Below, piece after piece: positions 51,354-64,000 of a DNA stretch of 64,000 nt. The first letter of the stretch is position 1, and each line of letters begins with the position of its first letter. The notes under the pieces were generated by a model that searched no databases, was not told the DNA's origin, and worked only from the letters and a program-made list of their open reading frames with translations. The position numbers and the translations under genes are program-made. Origin of the DNA: Octopus sinensis (Eukaryota); assembly GCF_006345805.1 (NCBI RefSeq), contig NC_043009.1, positions 8,060,001-8,124,000 of the forward strand, in the 5' to 3' direction.

Positions 51354-51737
51354 ACTATGGGTCTTGGATCCACATCTTCTGAAAATATAACATTGTACCA
51401 AAGAAATCCTTTGAATTTTACCATTTATTTCAGTGAATTTTGCCATTTATTCTCAGTGAGAATTGTATGTTGCTTACATCATAAGATTTTTGAAACTTTG
51501 AAAAACATGAAATAAATGATTTTTAAGAGTGGAATTCAAAGTAGGAAAAGCTATAAAATACGATTTATTTCATAGTTGTTGAAGTTTCTATATTCTTAAG
51601 ATGTAAGCAACATAAAATTCTCAGTGATAAAGAATAAAGCTTTTAAAATGAATGAAGAAATTCAAAGAATTGCTTTGGTACAATGGTAGAACATCTGTCC
51701 TGTTCACTGAAGACGTGGGTTTGAGTCCCATGGGCAA
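51354..51737. repeat. Imperfect fold-back palindrome, ~170-bp arms (MITE-like)
   Basis: 51391-51417 vs 51659-51685 match 25/27 as reverse complements; inner arms 51453-51519 vs 51563-51627. Confidence 0.85.
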
Positions 51738-52479
51738 CCTTTGACTTTTTCCATTCAAGGGATTTTTAAACTCAATATTAACACACTATTATTATTTATA
51801 ACTTTAAGGCAGTGAGCTGGCAGAACCATTTTGAATGCTGGACAAAATCCTAGCAGCATTTCATTCATCTTTACATTCTGAGTGCAAGTGCTACCAAAGT
51901 TGACTTGGCTTTCATTCTTTCGGGATTGATGAAACAAGTATCTGTCAGGTGCTGGGGTTGATGAAATAATTACCCGTCAAATACTGAGGTAGATGAAATA
52001 AGTACTGGTTGATTACTGGGGTTGGTGTGATCAACTTACTCTCCCCTCAAAAACTGCTGTCCCTCTGCCACAATTGTAAACTATTATTTATATATTTTGA
52101 GTTCCTGACAGTTTCACTGTTAGAAACAATTTATTTTATATCTCTTGAAGTTTCTAAATTCTTATGACAAAAGCAATATCTCTCTGTTTTATTTATTTAT
52201 TTATCTATCTCTTTATTTATGGTGGCTGTCTCCTCCTTATATGGAGTTTGACCACCTCTTGAAACTACACCTTATATCCATCATGATGTCTGATGTGGCT
52301 TTTTAAACCAGACAATGTATTGAAAAGACACCCACATAGACTGCATATCTGATTTGGACTACCAAGAGCTGCAGTTAAGTTCTAATCTTTGTGGATCTTA
52401 AAATGTCTTTTGAGGCCTCTCTTAGATTTGCAAACCTTATGGCATTGAAAGGTGTGCACAGAATAGTTGGTAGAAGTTT

Positions 52480-52878
52480 GTTTTACAAGTGAGATGACAA
52501 AAGGTCCAAGATACCTGGTGCCTGGTCATACTCAAGAAGACCCATTCCCTGCAGCAGAAGTGTTAAGACCAATCCTTCTGGTTGTGTAAAGCACTCATAG
52601 CAGTGCCATGTAAAAACACCTGTGCAGTGCCACATAAAAGCACCCATGTGACAACATATAAAAGTACCTGTGCAGTAACATGTAAAAGCCCCCATGTGGT
52701 GCTGCATAAAATCATTCAGCACACTCTGTAAAGTGGTTGATGTTAGGAAGGGCATCCAGCCATAGAAACCATGCCAAATCAAACTAGAGTCTGGTGCAAC
52801 TCCCCAACTTGCCAGCTCTAGTCACACCGTCCAACCCATGCCAGCATGGACAATGGATGTTAAAGGATGATGATGATA
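52480..52878 (+). mobile_element. RTE 3' UTR copy with ~24-bp tandem subunits
   Basis: gtgccaYRtaaaa(g)cacc-like units at 52603-52710, then the RTE tail and (GAT)n. Confidence 0.8.
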
Positions 52879-53553
52879 TATATATGATCAAGTGGTTAAG
52901 AACTGAATTTTGGTATCATGATGTCTGGGTTCAATCCTCTTGTGTGACATTTTGGGTGTCTTTTATCTTATTCTCAGTTTGCTACAAGCTTTATGAATGA
53001 AACTGGGTAGACAGAAACTGTGGAAGCCAGCTGGATGAACTCCAAGCTTTAATTCAAAGAGCTGCTCTTGTTCACATTGTATCGAACTGATTCTGCCTGA
53101 GGATTCCATTAAATTAGAATACTCAGCCACTTCTACTTATAACCGGTGAGTAAACAGTTTGGTTGTACATCTGGAATACTTATTGCTGAGCCCTGTGGAG
53201 ACCTATTTACTTTTATATTTGTGTGTGTCTGTGTGTGCATGTATGTATAAACATACATATACACACATATAAACAAATGTTTACATATATATGCATACAC
53301 ATAAGTGTATGTGTGTATGTATGCCTATATGTGTGTGTGTGTGTGTATAAATATGAATAGTTTTCTTACAAAGAAAAACATATATTACTTTCATTGGAAG
53401 TGTGTGGAGTTCATTATTTGTTTTACCTTTCAGCTGACTGATGAGTACAGTCGCCCAAATAAGGTTGATTGTATGAAACCCTATACTGTATGGTTATGTA
53501 ATCTTGGTTATATAGTCTATAATCCTGCTTGTGAGTGTGTATATACATGTATG

Positions 53554-53584
<31 letters not shown>

Positions 53585-54989
53585 AGTTATGCCTGTATGT
53601 GGATGGATATATATATATATATATCCATCCACTTTTCAGACAAACACATATGCACACATTGTCATGCATACACAAAGTATAAACATAATGCTTACTCTCA
53701 CATAATTAGGGACACATACAAACACACATGCACACACACTTTCACAATATTAACATCCACATTAACACGCTTACACATATACATATGTTGGCGCATACAT
53801 ACAAGTTTATATGTACATGCTCTCATCCACACAATTGTAGATGCTACAAACATGTGTGCATTTACTCAGACACACATACACATATTGCACACACTCTCAT
53901 TTACACATGCACATTTAGATACACACACACACACAAATTGTCATATCTTCTAGGAACCCAATGAGTGCTTAGATCCGGTTTCAGATGAGGAGAAGACTGA
54001 GAGAATTAAGTCACCCCTTTATATAGGACACCAGTACTGTACTACTGCAGGCAAATTCTCAGATGTCTGGTTCCTGTTTCCCAAATAGTTTGGTAAATTG
54101 TTAGCAACGTTGAGTAAAGTTTACATATGAGAAAATACAAGTAAAATACCAATAATAGTTTTGAACTCATAACCCAGGAGCAAATATTATGTATGCTCCA
54201 CCCTACCCTCTCTCTCTCTCCCCAACCCTTCTCTCCACCTCTTTTCCCATCTTCTTCACTGTCTTTATCTTTCATTTTCTCTCATTCTCTTTCTCTCCAT
54301 CTCACACTTCCCCCTTTTCTCTCATTCACCAAAAGACATAATCCATCATTTTAACATCTTTTTTTTTTTTTTGTTTCCCTAAGCTTTCATCTAAGATGTT
54401 GCTAAGCCTTGGTACTATCTGGCATCTCCTCTTACATATTCATCATTTGCCTCGTCTCATCCCTGCCAGTCCTCAACTTTTCAAATCTCATTTTAATTTC
54501 ATCTTTCCATAGCTTCTAAATCCACTTCCATCATTTGCACTTTTTTTCTTTCCATGCTATCATGTATGCATCAGATACTGTCATTACATTTACATATCAG
54601 TAGTCATCTCTCCTATAGACATCCAAACAATTATAGCACTTCTACACCAGTGTTGGGTTACCCTCATTAACAGCCAAAGTTATGCCTGCGTTCACTTAAG
54701 AAACTGTTTGCCAATGAGGTCCCTAAAGACCCGCTTACAACAAAAGCTCCATGTCCTATAAATTTCTCAAACTGAATTGTATTTCCCAACACAAGGGTGT
54801 CCCATAGGTTGCCATGTACTTGCAATTTACTACTAATATTCAAATGATCCCTTACCATGCTTTACGGTTGATCTGCTAGGAATAGTAACCAAGTCTACTT
54901 TAGATCATGCTAGCATCTTAACAAGGGAAAGATTGATTGGAAATGCAGTTCTAAAATATAGAATAAAGGACTTCTGATTGTGTTGTTCA

Positions 54990-55382
54990 ATCTTTTATCA
55001 TTTATCTTTTACTTGCTTCAGTCATTGGACTATGCCCATTCTGGGGCATAGTTGAACAAATCAGCTCCAGTACATCTTTTCATGTCTGGTACTTATTCTT
55101 TTGCTCTCGTTTGCTGAATTACTATATTATCGGATATAAACAAACCAACATCGGTTGTCAAGTTTTGATGGGTGACAAACACACACGTACACACACACAC
55201 ACACATGTACACACAAACACTTTAAGCATCCACACAGTTTTCTTCTACCAAATTCACTCAAAGGGTATTGGTCAGGCCATGGCTATAATAGAAGACATTT
55301 ACCCAAGGTGCTGCACCATGGGGTGGAACCCAAAACCACATGATTGCAAAGTAAACTTCTAAACCACACAGCCATGCCTGCA
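54990..55382 (-). mobile_element. Older family-A SINE
   Basis: accacacagccatgcctgc head on the minus strand. Confidence 0.75.
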
Positions 55383-55746
55383 TTTAAATATGTTGAGAAG
55401 ATGGCATGGTGTGTAATTTGAGGAATATTTGGCTGTTATTTCTAGCACCTTGAGTGATTATATATGATTATGGAAAGATGCCATTGTTGGTTTGCCAGCT
55501 GATGGATAATAATTCTTAATGATTACAAATGTTGTTGCAGATGTTTGGCTCCAGATCTGCTTTGATGAGACAAACCTATGATCAAAGATGTTCTGACTAC
55601 TATGATTATCCTCTTTTTGTGTATAGCCAAAACTACATGGTCCAAGTGTTTTTTTTTAAATTTTAATTTTTCTTATGATAGTCAGGGTGTGATTTGATGG
55701 GTAGCATTCCATCTCTTATTTCTTTCAGATTGATTGCCATATAAGT

Positions 55747-55906
55747 GGCGCAGATGTGGTTGTGTGGTAAGAAGCTTGCTTCCCAACCACATGGTTCCAG
55801 GTTCAGTCCTACTTCGTGGCACCTTGGGCAAGAGTCTTCTACTATAGCCTGAGGCCGACCAAAGTCTTGTGAGTGGATTTGGTTGATAGAAACTGAAAGA
55901 AGCTTG

Positions 55907-55959
<53 letters not shown>

Positions 55960-56196
55960 TGTGTGTGTGTATCTTTGTGTGTGTGTTTGTCCCCACCACC
56001 ATCACTTGACAACAGATGTTAGTGTGTTTATGTCCCTGTAACTTGGTGATCTGGCAAAAGAGACCAATAGAATAAATGCCAGGCTTACAAAGAATAAGTC
56101 CTGGGGTCAGTTTCTTTGACTAAAATAAAACCTTTAAGGTGGTGCTCCAGCATGGCCTTAGTCAAATGACTGAAACAAGTAAAAGAATAAAAAGAA
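55747..56196 (+). mobile_element. Family-A SINE with expanded (TG)n
   Basis: ggcgcagatgtggttgtgtggtaagaagcttgc head, A-rich tail. Confidence 0.9.
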
Positions 56197-56657
56197 TGTG
56201 TTCCAGAGAATAGTTGAGGTAAAAGAATAGAAAATGTTTAAAAATAAATAAATAAATAAATGATTGAAGTTCATTAGAATTAATCGTTAGAAGAAATTTT
56301 GTTGGATGAGTTTCAGATTATGTGAAATCTGTGCACAGTAACATAACACACCATGCATCAACAGTGCATTTCATACTGACTGGGTAACCAAAAGTAGAAG
56401 AAGAGTACATTGGCCAGCTTGGTATACTCGCACATATATTTATTAACACACAGACAGACAGGGGTTTTCTTTTTATAGTTTCCAAGAAAAAAGAAAAAAA
56501 CTGCATACATTTTTGTGTCGAGATCCGGTGATTTCAACCATCAAATGCAACGTTGGCAAGGTTTCGTGAATATATTATTGACTGATTTGTTAAAATGGTT
56601 GACAAAAAATAAGGAATAAAATAAAAGGAAAAAAATATATAAATTCATCTGACAATA

Positions 56658-57362
56658 TCATCATCATCATCATTGTTTAATGTCCACTTTCCATGCTAGC
56701 ATGGGTTGGACGGTTCGACCGGGGTCTGGGAAGCCAGGAAGCTGCACCAGGCTCCAGTCTGATCTGGCAGTGTTTTTACAGCTGGATGCCCTTCCTAATG
56801 CCAACCACTCCATGAGGGTAGTGGGTGCTTTTTACGTGCCACCGGCATAGGGGCCAGAGGAGGCTAGCAATGGCCACGATCAGTTGGAGCTTTTTACGTG
56901 CCACTGGCACGGACACCAGTCAAGGTGGCGCTGGCATCGGCTACGTTTGGATGGTGCTTTTAACATGCCACGGGCACAGGTAACACAACTACAATTTCCA
57001 TTTGATTTTGATGTACTTGACTCAATAGGTTTCCTCCAGCACAGTAGGTCACTCTACGATCCAAGGTTAGCACAGCAGGCCGTCCTGCGAGCCATGAACT
57101 CACTTCATTTGTCGGGTCTTCGCAGTCACAGCATATCTCCAGAAGTCTTGGTTTTTTGTTATTGCCTCTGTGAGGCCCAACATTTGAAGTTCATGCTTGA
57201 CCACCTCATCCCATGTCTTCCTGGGTCTACCTCTACCTCGGATTCCTTCAACTGTTTGGGAGTGGCACTTCTTCCCACACCTCTCCTCATCCATCCGTAG
57301 TACGTGATCATACCAACGCAAACGTCGCTCCTGCACGCCACATCCAATGCTTCTTATGTCAA
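56658..57362 (-). mobile_element. 5'-truncated RTE LINE (C-terminal ORF end plus 3' UTR)
   Basis: GVQERRLRWYDHVLRM...GRGRPRKTWDEVVKH...TRQMK*; (GAT)n tail. Confidence 0.92.
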
Positions 57363-57409
57363 ACATATATATATATATATGTGTGTGTGTGTATATTCTT
57401 TGGTGAAAA

Positions 57410-57697
57410 TGCATGGCTCAGTGGTTAGAACATTGGGCTCACTATCATTAAGTAGTGAGTTCAATTCCTGACTGGGAAATGCTGTAGAAATGAGTTGCAA
57501 TGTCATTAGTGCCCAGCTGTATCGATGTTTGCCTTTCCTTTGGATAACATCATTGGTATGGAGAGGAGAGATTGGTATGCATGGGTGACTGCTGGTCTTC
57601 CATAAACAACCTTGCCCAGACTTGTACCTCGGAGGGTAACTTTCTAGGTGCAATCTCATGGTCATTCATGACCGAAGGGGGTCTTTACCCTTTACCC
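57410..57697 (+). mobile_element. tRNA-derived SINE family D
   Basis: tggctcagtggttag A-box, gagttcaattcc B-box, (TTTACCC)n tail. Confidence 0.7.
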
Positions 57698-57702
57698 TTA
57701 TA

Positions 57703-57925
57703 TTTTCTTTTATTCTTCTATTTGTTTCAGTCTTTTGACTGCGACCATACTGAGGCACTACCTCGAGGGGCTTAAGTCAAATGAATCAACCCCAGGACTT
57801 ATTTTTTAAGCTTAGTACTTATTCTGTAAGTCCCTTTTGCTGAACGGCAAAGTTACAGGGATATAACCTCACCAACACCGGTTGTCAAATGGTGGTGGGG
57901 GACGAACACAGACACAAAGATATAC

Positions 57926-57995
<70 letters not shown>

Positions 57996-58143
57996 ACAGG
58001 CTTCTTTCAGTTTCTCTCTACCAAATCCACTCACAAGGCTTTGGTTGGCCCAAAGCTATAGTGGAAGACACTTGCCCAAGATGCCATGCAGTGGAACTGA
58101 ACCAGGAACCATGTTGGTGGAAGCAATCTTCTTACCACCCACA
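57703..58143 (-). mobile_element. Family-A SINE; its 5' part is duplicated at 59041-59190
   Basis: Reverse complement of family A with internal (TA)n. Confidence 0.88.
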
Positions 58144-58976
58144 ATAACACAGATGGTTGAAGTACACACTGTTAATGCATTTGTGTGCTATCCTTGACTC
58201 TATCTTGGTGCTTTTGCTATTTCTATACGTGATTCTATCAGATCCTGAACATTTCATTATATATTGTTTCCAAGCAGTTTCCACCTATTAGACTCTCTCA
58301 CAAGGCATGGTTGGCTCAGAGCTATAATAGAAAACATTTGCCCAAAGTGACATGCGGTGGGACTAACACCAAATTTGTTCAAAAATGTCAAATTTCTGAG
58401 ATGTGTTTTTGTGGCAACCTCCTACAATGCTAAACTGTTCCATGGAAAGAAAAAAGTCTGCTTCTAATTTACAACATTCTAATTTTTGGAGGTAGAGGTA
58501 TATTTGGTGACAAATGTATTTGATTCAGATCAAATTGGTGAGAATTGCTACAAATGCAAAGAATTCTTAATTATTCAAGAAATGAACTAACACACAGAAT
58601 GAACTCTTCTGTCATAAATCTATTATTGTACGATGATGACCAGATTCACCTTCGGTTTTTCTCTGTAGCCTAACATTATATGCTGTCATTTGAAATCTTA
58701 AAAAAGCAAGCTGCTTTGCTTTACTCTGTATTTTAGCAGCGTAAAACATTATTGGATAAATTTACACTGAAACAGTTTTACATCTCACTTATCTTCTAAT
58801 TTTGCATAAAAAAATTGTTAATTTTCCTCTCATGAAAAATTATGTTTATTTTTCATGGTTTAATTGCTCTTTTTTGCTGATTTGCATTACTTTGAATTAT
58901 GATCATCATTATACTCAAGACAGACAAGTGTACACTATTGGTAAAAAGTAGGCAGCAAAGGAATGCTTATATATAT

Positions 58977-59040
<64 letters not shown>

Positions 59041-60013
59041 ACAGGCTTCTTTCAGTTTCTCTCTACCAAATCCACTCACAAGGCTTTGGTTGGCCCAAAG
59101 CTATAGTGGAAGACACTTGCCCAAGATGCCATGCAGTGGAACTGAACCAGGAACCATGTTGGTGGGAAGCAATCTTCTTACCACCCACAATAACACAGAT
59201 GGGTTGAAGTACACACTGTTAATGCATTTGTGTGCTATCCTTGACTCTATCTTGGTGCTTTTGCTATTTCTATACGTGATTCTATCAGATCCTGAACATT
59301 TCATTATATATTGTTTCCAAGCAGTTTCCACCTATTAGACTCTCTCACAAGGCATGGTTGGCTCAGAGCTATAATAGAAAACATTTGCCCAAAGTGACAT
59401 GCGGTGGGACTAACACCAAATTTGTTCAAAAATGTCAAATTTCTGAGATGTGTTTTTGTGGCAACCTCCTACAATGCTAAACTGTTCCATGGAAGAAAAA
59501 AGTCTGCTTCTAATTTACAACATTCTAATTTTTGGAGGTAGAGGTATATTTGGTGACAAATGTATTTGATTCAGATCAAATTGGTGAGAATTGCTACAAA
59601 TGCAAAGAATTCTTAATTATTCAAGAAATGAACTAACACACAGAATGAACTCTTCTGTCATAAATCTATTATTGTACGATGATGACCAGATTCACCTTCG
59701 GTTTTTCTCTGTAGCCTAACATTATATGCTGTCATTTGAAATCTTAAAAAAGCAAGCTGCTTTGCTTTACTCTGTATTTTAGCAGCGTAAAACATTATTG
59801 GATAAATTTACACTGAAACAGTTTTACATCTCACTTATCTTCTAATTTTGCATAAAAAAATTGTTAATTTTCCTCTCATGAAAAATTATGTTTATTTTTC
59901 ATGGTTTAATTGCTCTTTTTTGCTGATTTGCATTACTTTGAATTATGATCATCATTATACTCAAGACAGACAAGTCTACACTATTGGTAAAAAGTAGGCA
60001 GCAAAGGAATGCT
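57996..60013. repeat. Near-identical tandem duplication, period ~1045 bp
   Basis: 57996-58967 repeats at 59041-60013; (TA)n tracts at all three boundaries. Confidence 0.95.
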
Positions 60014-60017
60014 TATA

Positions 60018-60052
<35 letters not shown>

Positions 60053-60055
<3 letters not shown>

Positions 60056-60443
60056 GCAGGAGTGGCTGTGTGGTAAATAGCTTGCTTCCCACCAACATGG
60101 TTCCGGGTTCAGTCCCACTGCATGGCTCTTTTGGCAAGTGTCTTCTACTATAGCCTCAAGGTGACCAAAGCCTTGTGAGTGGATTTGGTAGACGGAAACT
60201 GAAAAAAGCTTGGTGTATATATGTGCGTGTGTGTGTGTGTATGTTTGTGTGTCTGTGTTTGTCCTCCCACCATCGCTTGACAACCAATGCTGGTGTGTTT
60301 ACGTCTTCATAACTTAGCTGTTTAGTAAAAGACCAATAAGAATAAATATTAAGCTTACAAAGAATGTCTTGGGGTCAATTTCTTCAACTAAAAGGTGGTG
60401 CTCCAGGATAGCTGCAGTCAAATGACTGAAATGGATAAAAGAA
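60053..60443 (+). mobile_element. Family-A SINE
   Basis: ggggcaggagtggctgtgtggtaa head. Confidence 0.9.
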
Positions 60444-60949
60444 TATATATATATACATATATCAAAATTTAGGGAATAGAGCAAGTGAAATCCAGGTTAC
60501 ATATGTTTCTTAGCTTGCAAAACCTCAGAAGTAGTAACTCAAATGAGGGTCACTCCACTATCTACTCATCAGGCCAAAGATACCTTAGTCAGATGAAGGT
60601 TACATTGTTGACATGTTAATTCGGAGGAGATTTGATTGAAAATACATAGAAAACACAGAGTGAGAGAACAAAAGCGAAAGAAATAATATATGGAAGTGGG
60701 TAAATGTCTAAATTTGTTTAGGAAAAGAATAAGAGTATGAATAAAGAAAAAGAGAAGGGGAAGAGTATCACTGGCATGGGTGCCCTTTATGTGTCACCAT
60801 CACTGACCACAGCTACGATTCCATTTGGTTTGATGTGTTTTCTGAAGCACGCATAGAACAAGGCATTGAATGTTTCTGTGTTTCAGTTGCTCTCTGAAGG
60901 AAGATAATGTCAGTGTGGAAAGAATTGAATAGCTTAATAAGGTAATAAG

Positions 60950-62460
60950 GGAGATCTAAGAAACTGTTGCCTCATTTGTCTCTTGCCTCTTCAAGCTATT
61001 TACAAAGGATATAGTCACAGTACTTTTTAAATATCTCAAAGAACAGCAGCCGAAGAAGCAAGCAGGTTTCTGTAAGAACTGCAGTTTGATGAATCAGGTG
61101 TTTATTCCAACACAGCTTAGAGAACAAGTAATGAAATAAAAGCTACCTCAGCATGGCTTTCATCAACTATGAAAAGGCTTTTGATAGCATCAAAATTCTT
61201 GAAATCACAGAAAATACAAGGAGTTGAAGCGCAATACACAATACTACCCAGAGATGCTAACTTTGGATACAACACTGATGTAGCTCAATTATTGCCACCA
61301 GTAAATGTCCATATTAAGATAAGTGTCCAAAGAGACACTGTCTCTCTAAAGCCCTTCACTTCATGTCTAGAAATGGCCATGGGAGACACTGACCTGACCA
61401 GTTGCATGAACATCAATGCTGAGCTTCTAACTTACCCTTGATTAGCAGATAACATTGAACTCATTGCTGAAACTATAGAACCATACTGATAGGCTTAGCA
61501 GTAGGCCTTAAAATGAACTACATAGAAACAAAATACATACAGACTGAAGATATAGCACAAGGTTGTAACACAATAGAGCTGCAGGTGTGGCTGTGTGGTA
61601 GGAAGCTTGCTTCCTGACCACATGGTTCTGGGCTCAGTCCCACTGTGTGGCACCTTGGGCAAGTGTCTTTTACTGTAGCCTCAGGCCGACCAAAGCCTTG
61701 AAAGTGGATTTGATAGATGGAAAATGAAAGAAGCTCATCCTATATCTATGTGTGTGTGTATTCGTCCTCCCACCACTGCTTGACAACTGGTGTTGGTGTG
61801 TTTATATCCCTGTAACTTAGCAGTTCAGCAAAAGAGGCCAATAGAATAAGTATTAGGCTTAAAAAAAAAGTCCTGGGATCAATTTGTTTGACTAAAATTC
61901 TTCAAGGTGGTGCCCCAGCATGGCCACAGTCAAAAATGACTACAGCAAGTAAAAAGTAAAGGATGAAAGAGTTGGAAAGTGATGAAAATGATGAGAAACA
62001 ATATAGAGGAGTACATCTACTTGGAACACACTGTGAATATCCACTGAAATATGGATGCTGAAATCTTGAGAGGAGTAAAGTGAGGATAGAAGGCATTTAC
62101 TGCAATACATGATGTGCTCAAACCGAAGCTATAAAAGACCCTATGTACCAGTGTCTTTAATAGCACCATCCTATTTGCATTTTCACCCACAAGTGAGAAG
62201 TGGGCCACTGCAAAGAAAGGACAACATCAGTTGACAACGATGGAAAGATCCATACTTAATATCACTACAAGTGCATATCTGAAATGAGGTAATGCAAGAA
62301 TGGGGCATAGTGAACAACATGATTGCAGACTGCTAAAAGCAGTTGGGTTGGACAAGATGCAAGGTTCACAGACAACAGATGGCCCCAAGAAAGATGAACC
62401 TAAAACCATACCAATTTCATTTTGAAAGAAACTGGTCCAGGTTTCAAAGGTAAAATATTT
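60950..62460 (+). mobile_element. Decayed RTE LINE RT region, interrupted by a family-A SINE (61580-61955)
   Basis: QQPKKQAGF, YEKAFDSI, DTVSLKPFTSCLE, LADNIELIAET, EEYIYL remnants with many stops and frameshifts. Confidence 0.7.
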
Positions 62461-64000
62461 GATGAGAAAATGGTAGGAGAGATAGAAATGCAGGCACTAC
62501 AATATCAACAGTGTCAGAACAACAACAGTGAAAAGTAAGTAACAAATTATCTCATGGAAAATAATGACAATTTAGAGACATCAGATATTAAATGAAAAAT
62601 AATAACAATCAATGAATATATAAAAAAAGTATATGAACAACATGATTGAAAAATACAGGAAACATCCAATGAAAGAGTAACAAACAAATAGATATAATTA
62701 CACTAGCAAAGAACACAGCTATAAAAAAAACATGATACAATTATGCAATCAAGTTAAAATAGTTGAGTTTAAATCATACAGCTTCTGAATTGCCAAATTT
62801 GAAAATGATTTACTGATAATTTCAACAAAAGCAAATATAAAAAAATATGAGATTGTTGAAAACGATATATAAACAACTCGGAAGGAAATTAATAAAAGAC
62901 TTTTTAAAAATCATTTAAACCCTAAGACTTATATAAAAGGAATGGAAAATGGAACAACGACAACCGTAGAAAATGCATCGATGAAACAACATCAAAACAA
63001 ACTTAAAAGCAATCAATGAAAATGGTTGCCATAGATGAAGACATTGATCAGCTTCAAAGTATTTAGAACCAGCCATGAATACTGGAAGAAGTCCAGTGAT
63101 CTTTCGATGATGGATGAGGCCTCAAAAAATGTGTAGAGCACATAGGCAGGCAGTTTTGATAGATGTGCATAGAAGACCAAAAGCTTTACTGATGACAAGA
63201 GTAACAAAATTCCTTTGAGCAAATTTCTTCAAGGCAAGATCCCACTAATGGGTGACTTAAAGGAGTAGATCCCAAGTGGATCTGGTTTATGCAAACTGTA
63301 TCTTTTGTTGTTAAGGGATGAAAAAGAGACAGAGAAAGCAAAATTCAAGCTGTTGGGGAACATTGGTAATAGGCAATCTCTATGAGGTCAATGATATTGA
63401 AACTGAGTGCAATAGGGAAATTTTTTGATAGTCGGAGAGATTGCCTTTCTTGGGAATAAGACACAGACACATTATAGGTTTTCCAATTATCAGGGTTCAT
63501 GCTTGTACAAATGAAAAGATTGAAGAATCTTAATGAAAAAATGGGCTAATAGTCGATGGCAATGCTTATGGTTACTGGAAACAAATTTGAAGTATATGTG
63601 TAAGCTTAGTGGTGGAGCTGCAAGTTAGAAAAAGGAATAGATTGGAAAAAGATTTGTCAAGTGTTTACCATGGGGACATAGCTACAAATTGGGAAGCAAC
63701 AAATATGAAGGCTATCTTTGCAGGCGATTGCTTACAGAACTCATCATTGTCATATATATATATGCATGCAATTATATACACACAGGCACACAAACATGTT
63801 CTCTGTTACATAATGCATTAAAGTGCTCCCTGATGATCCCTCATGGATAAGCATCCAGTTGCAGTGGAGTTTTCCAAGGCAGTGTTCCAAGTAACCACAA
63901 TTAAGAAATGTATGTAGGAGCAAATGACATAAACTTGTGTTTATCATAATTTCTTATATATACAGAGAGAGAGAGAGAGATTGTGTGTGTGTGTCAACAG

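Noticed and set aside
62480-63940. A-rich then purine-rich stretch resembling a decayed retroelement
   Set aside because: No diagnostic protein motif could be read by eye

Overview
AT-rich, microsatellite-dense eukaryotic DNA with no confidently identifiable host protein-coding gene, so probably a large intron or intergenic region. The repeats look like those of octopus/cephalopod genomes; this rests on pattern recognition, not a database search. Most of the window is transposon-derived. There are at least five tRNA-head SINE families, several with target-site duplications (TSDs), and RTE-clade LINE fragments. One RTE copy is a young 3.3-kb piece with a C4HC3 PHD-type finger inside its RT and a five-fold amplified 3' UTR. 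Also present are a Penelope-like RT/GIY-YIG relic, two mariners, a Tc1-like IR/DR element, piggyBac-like, hAT-like and unclassified MITEs, and a 1045-bp tandem duplication between (TA)n tracts. The most interesting signals are RNA-structural. A (TA)n-flanked non-coding element at 46.1-46.9 kb carries a well-formed type I hammerhead ribozyme plus a degenerate second one, and other hammerhead-like cores occur elsewhere. A second (TA)n-inserted element holds an unclassified ~56-nt hairpin motif repeated three times at ~190-bp spacing (23.66-24.10 kb). Most ORFs in the supplied track are microsatellite or repeat artefacts. Coordinates were read by eye, and element ends without a TSD or TIR are approximate.
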